This document shows, piece after piece, positions 48,499 through 57,400 of a stretch of 64,000 bases of DNA. Position numbers and translations under genes: made by a program. The notes below the pieces were generated by a model that did not search any database, was not told the origin of the DNA, and was given only the letters and a program-made list of their open reading frames with translations. The DNA lies in the IMG/VR virus record IMGVR_UViG_3300014039_000031, positions 7,725-71,724 of that record. The stretch is one strand, 5' to 3'. This stretch comes from a virus. Numbering within the stretch: position 1 is the first letter of the stretch; each line of letters begins with the position of its first letter.

Positions 48499-48948
48499 AT
48501 GTCTTACAACAAGGAAGAAGATTTGAAGTTGAAATACGCTTATATTCCCGATGATGCGGCAAATGCCCCTGCTTCTAAAAAGAAGAAGCCGTCTCCTAAG
48601 AAAGCCAACCATAAACATAATTATGATAAAAGTATTATCATCAATTATTATGATAAATATACTGGTAAGTGGACCTATTCATATAGGAATATCTGCACTG
48701 TTTGCGGCCGCATTGGTGATTTTAAAGATAAAGATGGAATCATCGCAAAGACTTTCCCGCACATCAGTACTTGTTGGTTTGGTTTTTCCGTTGCTTTTGG
48801 ATATAATGCAGAATTTGAGGAGTTTACCGAGTGGTCAAAAACTTGGTATCCTGTAATTGTTTGGAAAGACTATCAACCTTTATCAGATAAGTTTATTCCT
48901 AACGAGTTTTTTGATGAACTTAAAATCGGAACAGATAAAGTAGATTAA
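48499..48948 (+). CDS. Hypothetical protein with basic N-terminus
   Basis: ORF. Confidence 0.45.
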   Translation: MSYNKEEDLKLKYAYIPDDAANAPASKKKKPSPKKANHKHNYDKSIIINYYDKYTGKWTYSYRNICTVCGRIGDFKDKDGIIAKTFPHISTCWFGFSVAFGYNAEFEEFTEWSKTWYPVIVWKDYQPLSDKFIPNEFFDELKIGTDKVD

Positions 48949-48958
48949 TAATGTGCTT

Positions 48959-49046
48959 CGGGAGTTGATGGAATTGGCATACATAGCGGCCTCAAAAGCC
49001 GTCGGTTATTGTAACCATACGAGTTCGAATCTCGTACTCCCGACCA
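48959..49046 (+). tRNA. tRNA-Leu (anticodon CAA), type II, CCA encoded
   Basis: CGGGAGT/ACTCCCG acceptor, long variable arm ggtta-ttg-taacc, ACGAG-TTCGAAT-CTCGT. Confidence 0.75.
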
Positions 49047-49051
49047 GAACT

Positions 49052-49137
49052 GCTACGGTATCCCATTAAAGACATGGACCGGTCTGTAAAATCGGTACCT
49101 TAAGGTTGACTAGGAGCGTTACCTAGACGTAGCACCA
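49052..49137 (+). tRNA. tRNA-Tyr (anticodon GTA), type II, CCA encoded, atypical T-loop
   Basis: CCGGT-CTGTAAA-ATCGG anticodon arm. Confidence 0.65.
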
Positions 49138-49150
49138 ATTGTACTTTATA

Positions 49151-49244
49151 ATGCGTGACAGAAAATCAGTTACTTCTATTTTAAAAATAAGATATTGGTT
49201 CGATTCCAATTACCGCATAAAAACTGATTTTAGTATTTCCGCAT
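49151..49244 (+). ncRNA. Y-like ncRNA paralog (compact)
   Basis: atgcgtgacagaaaatcagttacttc (22-mer shared with the rsr-linked RNA at 32084..32224); aaaatcagtt/aactgatttt and atgcg/cgcat helices; ATTGG TTCGATT CCAAT T-arm; T-run after. Confidence 0.45.
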
Positions 49245-49677
49245 TTAATTTTTATTCTGGTATGTGATTGAGTTTTAGTTACTTCGAAGATATATATTAT
49301 GTTTTAAATTAATTAAAATTTAAATTAAAAGAACCAGCTTTTACGTCAGACTATAACGGCGTAACAAAAAACTGGTAACTTATACTAAAACTAGTATTTC
49401 CATACCTTCCTCTTTCTCTTGGATAAGTGATTGACCGCATAGTTACTTCATATTTTTGGTATAATATAATTCAGTCTATGTGATATTATTTCCTTATCTT
49501 AAACATTTTGCGTGATTGGTTCAAGAGATACTTCATAAATATTTTATGACATTTTTTTGCTCTCTCTTGGGCATACTTTCCGCTTTAATAGGGCCTTATG
49601 GTCCTATTTTTTTTATTGACTTTATACATACAATATTATATAATATATATAAAGAAAGAGAGAAAGAGGTTTTTTAT

Positions 49678-50217
49678 ATGAGCGTTTGGGTTGTTTCTGA
49701 TACTCATCTAAATCATACCCGCATCATGGAGTATTGTCCTGATACACGTGATTTTTCCTGCGTTGAGGATATGAACGAAGCAATTATCAATAGATGGAAT
49801 GACCGCATTTCCCCCGATGATATAGTCTATCATCTTGGTGATGTTTGTATGGGACAACTTGATACAATCGATAAGTATCTTCCTCGACTAAATGGTCATA
49901 TCACTCTCATTAAGGGAAACCATGATACGAAGGGCCGCATTGCCCGCATCCAAGAGGTTGTCGGTTGGGAAGTCCTCAACATTGAATGTATACACTATAA
50001 TGGTATTAACTTTCTTATGATGCATGAGAAGCCAGAAGACATGCATGGTAATTCTGAGAATGTTATTCTTTACGGTCATGTTCATGACGCTGCGCCGCAT
50101 GGTTTGCAGCCTGATTGGACATATCATGTTGGACTTGATACTAACAATCTTGCTCCTGTAAATCTTCATGATATTTGGATTGATGTCCAAGAGCAGCGAA
50201 TTAAGACTGGTGAATAA
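49678..50217 (+). CDS. Calcineurin-like metallophosphoesterase
   Basis: VVSDTHL, GDV, GNHD motifs. Confidence 0.75.
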   Translation: MSVWVVSDTHLNHTRIMEYCPDTRDFSCVEDMNEAIINRWNDRISPDDIVYHLGDVCMGQLDTIDKYLPRLNGHITLIKGNHDTKGRIARIQEVVGWEVLNIECIHYNGINFLMMHEKPEDMHGNSENVILYGHVHDAAPHGLQPDWTYHVGLDTNNLAPVNLHDIWIDVQEQRIKTGE

Positions 50218-50405
50218 TGGAAGTCAAGCATAAAGTGCAAAGGATTTGCGGCAATTGCCGATATTATTGGCATAAATCATGCTATCGGTTTCCGCCGCAA
50301 ATTGTTTTAGACTATGATTATAATGTGAGGACGGTTCATCCTTCGCCGCAGTCAGGAGACAGATGTGGTGAATGGTCTATTCATCCTAAATTGGAGCAAA
50401 AATGA
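50217..50405 (+). CDS. Small Cys-rich protein (CGNCxYY...CGEW)
   Basis: ORF. Confidence 0.4.
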   Translation: MEVKHKVQRICGNCRYYWHKSCYRFPPQIVLDYDYNVRTVHPSPQSGDRCGEWSIHPKLEQK

Positions 50406-50617
50406 AATGCAAGAAGATTTGTTGGACTTGTAAGTATATGCGTGGCAGATATACCGATTCGTTCTATGGCGGGTCTATTGGAAATTGCGCATATGATTCT
50501 GTAATGTTGGGACATTTTGATGAATCAAGAGATAATATGCCGCTTAAAAGCGGTGATGATACTTGCGGCAATTGGGCACCAAACGAATATTTTGCATCTA
50601 TAGATAATTTTTCCTAA
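50402..50617 (+). CDS. Small Cys-rich protein, paralog (CWTCKY...CGNW)
   Basis: ORF. Confidence 0.4.
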   Translation: MKCKKICWTCKYMRGRYTDSFYGGSIGNCAYDSVMLGHFDESRDNMPLKSGDDTCGNWAPNEYFASIDNFS

Positions 50618-50625
50618 ATTTTATC

Positions 50626-50654
50626 TTGACTCTTGGGTAATTATATTATATAAT
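50626..50654 (+). promoter_or_regulatory. Early promoter
   Basis: ttttatcttgactcttgggtaattatattatataat. Confidence 0.55.
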
Positions 50655-50681
50655 ATAATTAAAGAAGTTGAGAGAGAGGTT

Positions 50682-50876
50682 TTGGACATGGACTTCAACA
50701 TCTGCGCCAACTGCAAGTATTTTCTTACAACTGATTCTGATTATATGTTTGGACATTGCATTAAGGAGTTTGCTGATGCTGGGTTAGACATTGATGAAAT
50801 CAAGTCTATGATTGGACCTATTGGTAATATTCTCGGTGATGATTATATGTGTGCGGATGGTGAGCTCAATGATTAA
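50682..50876 (+). CDS. Small Cys-rich protein, paralog (CANCKYF...)
   Basis: RBS agagagaggttttggacatg. Confidence 0.45.
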   Translation: MDMDFNICANCKYFLTTDSDYMFGHCIKEFADAGLDIDEIKSMIGPIGNILGDDYMCADGELND

Positions 50877-51039
50877 CAATAGTTTCAATGGTTGGACGAA
50901 AGAGCAACTTGACCAGTACAATGAACTTTGTATTGACTATCCGCAATGGGCAGTTGACATGCTTATTGACCTCTATGGCCCAAATGAACTTTTTGACGGT
51001 ATCGTAACGGACCTTGAAGAGTACTCTTATATGCTTTAA
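50869..51039 (+). CDS. Hypothetical small acidic protein
   Basis: ORF overlapping previous stop. Confidence 0.35.
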   Translation: MINNSFNGWTKEQLDQYNELCIDYPQWAVDMLIDLYGPNELFDGIVTDLEEYSYML

Positions 51040-51048
51040 TATTGGAAT

Positions 51049-51121
51049 ACCTGTGTAGCACAATTGGTTAGGGCAGTTGACTTATAATCGACCGATGCGG
51101 GTTCAAGTCCCGACACAGGTA
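51049..51121 (+). tRNA. tRNA with anticodon TAT (Ile, AUA-reading), imperfect D and T stems
   Basis: GTTGA-CTTATAA-TCGAC anticodon arm. Confidence 0.55.
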
Positions 51122-51129
51122 CCCGACAT

Positions 51130-51223
51130 GGGATAGATAACCAGTGGGGAACTGGGTCCGCCTGCTAAGCGGAACGTACTTGTAAATAATAAGTATCCGG
51201 GTCGGAACCGGATTATCCCGCCA
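51130..51223 (+). tRNA. tRNA-Ser (anticodon GCT), type II with very long variable arm, CCA encoded
   Basis: TCCGC-CTGCTAA-GCGGA; GGGATAG/TTATCCC acceptor. Confidence 0.6.
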
Positions 51224-51309
51224 ATGTTTATTCCCGCGCCTATACGCGGTGGCTTTCATGGTAGTGCCGAAAACAACCATTGCGGCAGAATAGGCAACGC
51301 CGCATACTT

Positions 51310-51401
51310 GGAGAGTTGGCCGAGTTGGTCGATGGCACTTGTCCTGAAAACAAGCAGGCGCTGGTAACGTCTCTAGAGTTCGAATCTCTAACTCTCCGCC
51401 A
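51310..51401 (+). tRNA. tRNA-Ser (anticodon TGA), type II, C at position 33, CCA encoded
   Basis: Parallels E. coli tRNA-Ser(UGA) D-arm; CTTGT-CCTGAAA-ACAAG. Confidence 0.7.
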
Positions 51402-51402
51402 T

Positions 51403-51479
51403 GGTCATGTAGCTCAGTTGGTAGTAGCAGCAGACTGAAAATCTGCGGGTCGCTTGTTCGATTCAAGCCGTGACCACCA
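51403..51479 (+). tRNA. tRNA-Phe (anticodon GAA), CCA encoded
   Basis: GCAGA-CTGAAAA-TCTGC; GCTTG-TTCGATT-CAAGC. Confidence 0.8.
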
Positions 51480-51491
51480 ATAAATACCCTG

Positions 51492-51527
51492 TAGGGCAAC
51501 TTCTTTTGAGGTTGCCCTATTTTTTTA
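51492..51527 (+). terminator. Intrinsic terminator after tRNA cluster
   Basis: tagggcaac...gttgcccta + T7. Confidence 0.65.
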
Positions 51528-51556
51528 TTGACTTTTACTGCATAATCATATATAAT
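51528..51556 (+). promoter_or_regulatory. Early promoter
   Basis: ttgact-17-tataat. Confidence 0.55.
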
Positions 51557-51588
51557 ATATATAAAGAAAGCCAAGAGAAGGAGAAAAG

Positions 51589-52071
51589 ATGGCTACTCTT
51601 TATATTCTCGCAGCTATTCCAGCCGCAGGAAAGACAACTTGGGCGCATGAGCATCATTCTGAGCTTGATGCCAAGATTATCTCGCGCGATAACATTCGTT
51701 TCAACTATATGGCAAATGACCCTGATTTTCTTCCTTCCATGGATTATTTCAAGTATGAGAAGGATGTCGAGCGATGCTTCTATGACCAGATTAATTGGGA
51801 TTTGTGTGTGAATGATATGAACGTCATCGCTGATGCCACTCATATCTCTTGGAAGAGTTTAAAGAAAACCGTTGAGCATTGCGGCAAAAACGCGGACAAG
51901 GTTATTCTTGTATACTTCAATCGTGGTCTTGATATTGCCTTGCCGCAGAACGCGAAGCGTGATGGCGTTGAGCATGTTCCCGAGGAAGTAATCAAGCGTA
52001 TGTGGAAGAACCGCTATCAGCCTGCTCGTGCAAAGGCCGCAGGTCTTGTTGATGAATATATGATTGTGTAG
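51589..52071 (+). CDS. Polynucleotide 5'-kinase (T4 Pnk kinase-domain-like)
   Basis: AIPAAGKTTWA; IISRDNIRF; VPEEVIKRMWKNR align with T4 Pnk N-domain. Confidence 0.6.
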   Translation: MATLYILAAIPAAGKTTWAHEHHSELDAKIISRDNIRFNYMANDPDFLPSMDYFKYEKDVERCFYDQINWDLCVNDMNVIADATHISWKSLKKTVEHCGKNADKVILVYFNRGLDIALPQNAKRDGVEHVPEEVIKRMWKNRYQPARAKAAGLVDEYMIV

Positions 52072-52297
52072 GCAACAAATGGATGATAACGTGAAATATA
52101 CCCTACGGCAAATCAAAAAGGCCGCAAAGGAAATGCTGAATCTCAATATGCCTATTGGCTTTGAGTACTGTGTTTACGATATGCCATTGGCTGATTGCCA
52201 AGAAATCTGCCGCAAACTTGAGAATTTTGGTTTTCAGGTCTCTATTGGTCATCGTCTTGGCAGTGAGAATACGATTATAGTAAGAGAGAAAGAGTGA
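52064..52297 (+). CDS. Hypothetical protein
   Basis: ORF. Confidence 0.4.
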   Translation: MCRQQMDDNVKYTLRQIKKAAKEMLNLNMPIGFEYCVYDMPLADCQEICRKLENFGFQVSIGHRLGSENTIIVREKE

Positions 52298-52611
52298 ATA
52301 TGTGTACTTTTAATTATCCAGAAAATTACGACCAGTTTACCCAAGAGCAGCAAGATAGCATCCTGAGCTGGTTCAATACTACGAAAGAGATTGAACGTGG
52401 ACTGATTTCATATTCTACCAAAAGTAAGAATGAAAATGAATTGAAAGCCTTTTCAGACAGGCGTGAGAAATATGAAGTGCGGCTAAGGGCGGCTCAGTCG
52501 ATTCTGCGTACAATGGGCGTGTTCGTTGAATATAATTGGCCTGGACATGAACACGAATATTTCCTAGCCACACGAGCTGACGCAGAGCTGTATCGCAAGG
52601 AGCATGAATAA
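52294..52611 (+). CDS. Hypothetical protein
   Basis: ORF. Confidence 0.4.
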   Translation: MNMCTFNYPENYDQFTQEQQDSILSWFNTTKEIERGLISYSTKSKNENELKAFSDRREKYEVRLRAAQSILRTMGVFVEYNWPGHEHEYFLATRADAELYRKEHE

Positions 52612-52799
52612 TGGCCGCATGTGTTCATGGCGAAGTGTGCCGCGCATGGATGGAAAGAACTAAACAGAAAGCTCCGTTGAGCAATACATGTCCTTTTAAT
52701 TGTCCTTTATACGAGCGCAAACCTTCAATATCGGAATACTGTCCAAATCGGCACGCATATCCTAAAGATATTTTCGGCACGCCTATTTTTTATTGTTAA
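52611..52799 (+). CDS. Small Cys-rich protein
   Basis: ORF. Confidence 0.35.
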   Translation: MAACVHGEVCRAWMERTKQKAPLSNTCPFNCPLYERKPSISEYCPNRHAYPKDIFGTPIFYC

Positions 52800-52814
52800 A
52801 AAGGTAATTTATGA

Positions 52815-53610
52815 TTGCGAATGACGCACGCACCATGGTATATGAGTCCATTTATGCAAAGGTGTTTATATATGAAATATGAAGATGGGCATACTTTTGA
52901 TAGTGGCGTAAAATTAATTAAACGATTATATAAAGATGATACTTCGCATTATACATGTCAGTTCCAGTGCCCAAGATGTGGTAATATATTTACTGCTACA
53001 TTAGCAGACGTAGCTAGAGGAAGCACAAAATCTTGCGGGTGTCTACAAGCAGAAGTAAAAAAGCAGCATGCCCCAACCAATAAAAAAGATTTAACTGGGC
53101 AAAAATTTGGTTATTTGACAGTCATTAAAGATTCTGGTAAAAGAGATGCTAATGGTACGGTGAAGTGGCAATGTAAATGTGATTGTGGGAATTATCATTT
53201 AGTAGCTACTACAAATTTGATAAATGGAAATACTGTATCTTGCGGGTGTGTAGTATCTTATTATGAACGATTAATAGAAGAAATTTTAAAAGAAAGTAAA
53301 ATTAATTATATAAAACAAAAAACTTTTAATGGATGTATAAACCCAGAAACAGGATATAAATTAAGATTTGATTTTTATCTGCCGGACTATAATTGTTGTA
53401 TAGAATACGACGGTATACAACATTTTAAACCAGTAGAGTATTTTGGCGGTGTTAAAAAATTCAAAAAAGATAAATATAGAGATGCCATAAAAGATAATTT
53501 TTTGTAGTGAAAATAACATTAAACTCATTAGAATACCTTACAAAGATAAAAATCTTCTTAATAAAAAATATATTTGTGAATTATTAGATTTTTGAGTTAA
53601 TTGTGGAGTG
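52815..53610 (+). pseudogene. Zinc-ribbon + PD-(D/E)xK-like (DUF559/Vsr-like IEYDGxQH) endonuclease gene interrupted by a frameshift at a T6 run (~53495..53505); C-terminal ...NNIKLIRIPYKDK continues in another frame
   Basis: Two-frame reading across aattttttg. Confidence 0.45.
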
Positions 53611-53617
53611 GTAAATT

Positions 53618-53896
53618 ATGTATTTTGTTTTATGTGATTGGGTTACTGACGAAAAAGAATGGTATGAGCAGCGGGGTTCGAAAGTTATCGCTCTAAATAC
53701 TGCGGCTGAGGCCCTTGCACTCGCACATAATATCGCTTATCATTACGATACAAGTGAGAAGTATGAGAATCCAGTAAATGTAACTATTTTTTATAATGAA
53801 GATGGAGTATTTGACGAAGAGGATAATTTCGTTTGCTCCTATATAGGATGTAACAAATATATTAAATGCGGCAAAAAGCTGCATCTATATGCTTAA
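53618..53896 (+). CDS. Hypothetical protein
   Basis: ORF. Confidence 0.45.
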   Translation: MYFVLCDWVTDEKEWYEQRGSKVIALNTAAEALALAHNIAYHYDTSEKYENPVNVTIFYNEDGVFDEEDNFVCSYIGCNKYIKCGKKLHLYA

Positions 53897-53903
53897 ATTT
53901 TAA

Positions 53904-53927
53904 GGGGCCGCAAGGCTCCTTTTTTTA
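53904..53927 (+). terminator. Intrinsic terminator (ggggcc GCAA ggctcc + T7)
   Basis: GNRA-loop hairpin + T-run. Confidence 0.6.
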
Positions 53928-53928
53928 T

Positions 53929-53957
53929 TTGACGATACCCTTTCAATTTTATATAAT
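53929..53957 (+). promoter_or_regulatory. Early promoter TTGACG-17-TATAAT
   Basis: Consensus. Confidence 0.5.
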
Positions 53958-53984
53958 ATAAATATAGAAAAGAAAGGATGTTGT

Positions 53985-54920
53985 ATGGCAAAAGAGTACG
54001 GTTTCCGTCCTTCCACCATTGATGACTTGAAGGGTCAACCTAAGATTCAAAAAATGCTGCGAGTGTATATTAAAGCAGCTAAAATCAAAGGGGAGTCTTT
54101 TCCGCATACCATTATCACAGGCCCCAGTGGTTGCGGCAAAAGCGCTACTGCAAATGTTATCGCACATGAGCTTGGATGCAATTTCCGTGCGTATTCCGGT
54201 CCTGCTATCAACGATATTAAAACTATTCAGACTATTCTTCTATCTATTAAAGAGAATGATATTGTTCTGATTGATGAAGTACACCGTCTAAACAAGAAAT
54301 TGCAGGAAATGCTTTACTTTGCAATGGAGAATTTCCAAGTCGATGCTGAGATTGATGGCCAGACCGCACGTACAGACATTCCGCATTTTACCTTGGTGGC
54401 AGCTACTAATCTTTATGGTGGATTAAATGACGCTCTTTTGAACCGTTTCCCTATTCAAATGAAACTTGCCGCATACACCCAAGATTCAATGACAGATATT
54501 GTAAATAAAATCTGCCAAGAGAAGAATATCCAGATTGACCAGAAGAGCGCTCGAATGATTGCGGCCACCACTCGTGGTGTTCCTCGTAATGCAAACTCAT
54601 ACGTTGCCCGCATCTATGATTTTGCTCTTGTAATGAACGATGGCATCATCACGCCGCAAATCGTTATTGATGGCTTTGATATTATGGGTATCAACAAGTA
54701 TGGTTTGAACCAAGACGATATGGATTATCTAAACTTTCTTGCGGTACAGAGCAAAGCGGTAGGCATTGATACAATTTGTCTTACTCTTGGAGTGGATAAA
54801 AATACAGTCCAGACCAAGATTGAGCCTTATTTGTTGCAAAAAGGCTATATCCAGAAGCAACCGCGAGGTCGTGTAGCTACTGATTCTGGCCGCAAACTTT
54901 GCAAAGAAATGGCTGAATAA
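53985..54920 (+). CDS. RuvB-like AAA+ ATPase
   Basis: GPSGCGKS, LIDEVHRL, VAATN, RGVPRNANSYVARIYDFA parallel RuvB. Confidence 0.7.
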   Translation: MAKEYGFRPSTIDDLKGQPKIQKMLRVYIKAAKIKGESFPHTIITGPSGCGKSATANVIAHELGCNFRAYSGPAINDIKTIQTILLSIKENDIVLIDEVHRLNKKLQEMLYFAMENFQVDAEIDGQTARTDIPHFTLVAATNLYGGLNDALLNRFPIQMKLAAYTQDSMTDIVNKICQEKNIQIDQKSARMIAATTRGVPRNANSYVARIYDFALVMNDGIITPQIVIDGFDIMGINKYGLNQDDMDYLNFLAVQSKAVGIDTICLTLGVDKNTVQTKIEPYLLQKGYIQKQPRGRVATDSGRKLCKEMAE

Positions 54921-54982
54921 TTTTCTTGCTCTTGGTCATAATATGTTATATAATATATTTAGAAAGAGAGAGAGGAAAACAA

Positions 54983-55132
54983 ATGATTGGCGATAAGGTT
55001 ATGGTTGAGCAAGCATACGGTATCGTATGCGGTGTAATTTCTGATATTATCTATGATGAAGATTGTGTTGTAATCACTGATACCCGTGGTTGCCGCATCG
55101 TTGCAAACTTCAATGAGATTATCGTTCTTTAG
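54983..55132 (+). CDS. Hypothetical small protein
   Basis: RBS agagaggaaaacaaatg. Confidence 0.4.
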   Translation: MIGDKVMVEQAYGIVCGVISDIIYDEDCVVITDTRGCRIVANFNEIIVL

Positions 55133-55140
55133 GAGATATT

Positions 55141-55407
55141 ATGTGCAAGTATTGTGATTTCCCTGTCGATAGCAATTCCGCATACATTGATGCAACAGAT
55201 ACATCATGCTCTGATGGTGGATTCAGCGTAGGGCTGCATCATTCCAACTTTGCAAAAGACAATGGATATTATATCTTTGGGGAATATTATCCATATGAAG
55301 ATGAAACTATTGATTCTGACCTTGCAAATTCCTTTTCAACACGTAATGGATATTCCCTTGCAATCAACTTTTGTCCGTTTTGCGGAAGGAAACTCAATGT
55401 CAACTAA
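55141..55407 (+). CDS. Zinc-ribbon small protein
   Basis: CKYCD...CPFCG. Confidence 0.4.
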   Translation: MCKYCDFPVDSNSAYIDATDTSCSDGGFSVGLHHSNFAKDNGYYIFGEYYPYEDETIDSDLANSFSTRNGYSLAINFCPFCGRKLNVN

Positions 55408-55729
55408 GATTTATACGAAGATTCTTTCAGCTCTTGAAACGATTGTCTATCAAGAGGGTTGGGTACTCGGTCAATGTTGTTATAATACCAGAAGTGAATT
55501 CTATTATCGCGGATGTAAATTTGTTGTGGTTGTTTGCCCATCGGAAGGACGTGACGTTTTCAAAGTGTATTGTGAATATCATGATGGTAATGACGTAACA
55601 TATAGTCAGTTTAGCCGCACATATCTTGGTGAGACTAATGGTGATACAAGCCCTATTCTTACCTTTGCAAATATGCTATTTTCTGATATAGCCCACGAGA
55701 GCCGCATCATTCGCCGCAAGTTCGATTAA
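55397..55729 (+). CDS. Hypothetical protein
   Basis: RBS ggaagg + ATG. Confidence 0.4.
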   Translation: MSTKIYTKILSALETIVYQEGWVLGQCCYNTRSEFYYRGCKFVVVVCPSEGRDVFKVYCEYHDGNDVTYSQFSRTYLGETNGDTSPILTFANMLFSDIAHESRIIRRKFD

Positions 55730-55816
55730 TTTTTTCTTGCAATCTATGATATAATATCATATAATATATATAAAGAAAAGGAAGAGATATTAAATCTCCC
55801 AAGAGAAAGAGAAAGT

Positions 55817-56080
55817 ATGCGCTACATGGTTGAATCTGAGCTTTATCAATTTCCCGCATGGGGTGGGGCCAAGTCTCGTCTTGACGATTTGGTAAAGCAT
55901 CCTGCGGCATATGATATGGTTGCGGACTACCTTGACATGTGTCAGATGGAAGGCGATGCCTGCGAGCCATGGACTGAAACTGATGTGAATGATTGGCTTT
56001 GGTTCGAACTTGACAACTATCTGTACGAAGAGGGCTTCAAGAACGAAGACGATGAGTGGATTGACGAGGATGATGACTAA
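55817..56080 (+). CDS. Hypothetical acidic protein
   Basis: RBS agagaaagagaaagtatg. Confidence 0.45.
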   Translation: MRYMVESELYQFPAWGGAKSRLDDLVKHPAAYDMVADYLDMCQMEGDACEPWTETDVNDWLWFELDNYLYEEGFKNEDDEWIDEDDD

Positions 56081-56256
56081 TGTTTAATCTTTCTATTGGC
56101 GATTATTGCACTTATTATGGTTTCGCTGGGCAGCATTCACTCGTTAAGATTATTGCTTTTGGATGCGACTATGAATATAACGGATATGTTTGCGTTAAGT
56201 TTATATCCAATGGTAATGAGTGCTATGTCCCTGAGAATCAGCTTTGCAAGTATTAA
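56080..56256 (+). CDS. Small Cys-rich protein (58 aa)
   Basis: ATGA overlap with previous stop. Confidence 0.35.
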   Translation: MFNLSIGDYCTYYGFAGQHSLVKIIAFGCDYEYNGYVCVKFISNGNECYVPENQLCKY

Positions 56257-56265
56257 GGAGTATGC

Positions 56266-56457
56266 ATGAAGATTTATCTTATTTGGGATGGTTCGGGTAT
56301 TATCGGTGGTTATTCCAGTGAGGGTAAGGCACGTAAAGCACTGAAACAGTATATCATCGACACGGGCGCATGCGAAGAGAAGGATTTTAAAGACAATATG
56401 ATTGATGATCTTTCATACGGAATCATCAGTCATCCAATTGACAATCTATGGATTTAA
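56266..56457 (+). CDS. Hypothetical protein
   Basis: RBS aaggag. Confidence 0.45.
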   Translation: MKIYLIWDGSGIIGGYSSEGKARKALKQYIIDTGACEEKDFKDNMIDDLSYGIISHPIDNLWI

Positions 56458-56461
56458 AAAA

Positions 56462-56490
56462 GGAGGGCTTGCGGCCCTCCTTTTTATTTT
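56462..56490 (+). terminator. Intrinsic terminator
   Basis: ggagggc ttgcg gccctcc + T-run. Confidence 0.65.
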
Positions 56491-56565
56491 TCAGAAATCA
56501 AAAAAAACATAGTTGCGGCCATTGCTATCTTTTTATATAATATATATAAAGAGAAAGGAAGAATC

Positions 56566-56898
56566 ATGAAAAACGCCAATCAGATTTTCAATACCATTGA
56601 GACTAGATGTAATGCAACGAACTCTATGTATACTTGGTATGTCAATAATAAGGATTATGATGATGACCTTGGGGTTGTTTTTGATGTGCGGGATAAGGCC
56701 ACACATGATGTCCTATGTCATTGCGGCATCTTTCCTTTTACAATGTATAGCGATGGAGAAGCATATGGCAATGTAGAGTTTAATTTATGGGATGGATTTG
56801 ATTTTGTAACGTTCGATTGTGGAGATTATAAATGTGAAATCGGTAGTATTTATATGAATGATGTCATTGATATGGCGATTAATATTCTTTATCGATAA
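56566..56898 (+). CDS. Hypothetical protein
   Basis: Promoter + RBS agagaaaggaagaatcatg. Confidence 0.45.
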   Translation: MKNANQIFNTIETRCNATNSMYTWYVNNKDYDDDLGVVFDVRDKATHDVLCHCGIFPFTMYSDGEAYGNVEFNLWDGFDFVTFDCGDYKCEIGSIYMNDVIDMAINILYR

Positions 56899-56965
56899 TT
56901 TTTTCTTGCGGATAGCTTTAATATATTATATAATATATATAAAGAAAAGGGAGAAAGGAACTTTC

Positions 56966-57124
56966 ATGAAGCGCAACGATTACGTTACTTATGTTCACCC
57001 TGATACGAAGAAGGTTATTATCTGCACTGTTGAGGAAATGTACGGCGATGGTCATGTACTTCTCTACGCTGTAGATTCAAATGAAGCGTTTCTGGCTAAT
57101 ATGTATGAGATTGTTGAGTATTAA
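56966..57124 (+). CDS. Hypothetical small protein
   Basis: Promoter + RBS. Confidence 0.4.
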   Translation: MKRNDYVTYVHPDTKKVIICTVEEMYGDGHVLLYAVDSNEAFLANMYEIVEY

Positions 57125-57127
57125 TTT

Positions 57128-57388
57128 ATGTTTGTCGCAGGTGATTTTATTCAAAATGGTGATGTAGTAAGTACGTTTAAAAATATGGAATTAAATATTG
57201 ACGCTAGTCTTATACAAGCCCTTATAGATAGTCAAGATGGAAAAGCATTTGACATAAGTATTCCCATTGATTCCTATCAGTTTATTGATTGTGCATCGTT
57301 GGAACTTCTAAACGATTATATTCAGTATGGCTATGACGTGTCTATCGATATGTTTAATCATACTATTGATATTAAATATAATGCTTAA
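57128..57388 (+). CDS. Hypothetical protein
   Basis: ORF. Confidence 0.4.
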   Translation: MFVAGDFIQNGDVVSTFKNMELNIDASLIQALIDSQDGKAFDISIPIDSYQFIDCASLELLNDYIQYGYDVSIDMFNHTIDIKYNA

Positions 57389-57400
57389 TGGAGCATAACT

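Noticed and set aside
51068-51574. 168-aa minus-strand ORF
   Set aside because: Spans the tRNA cluster; tRNA genes explain the region
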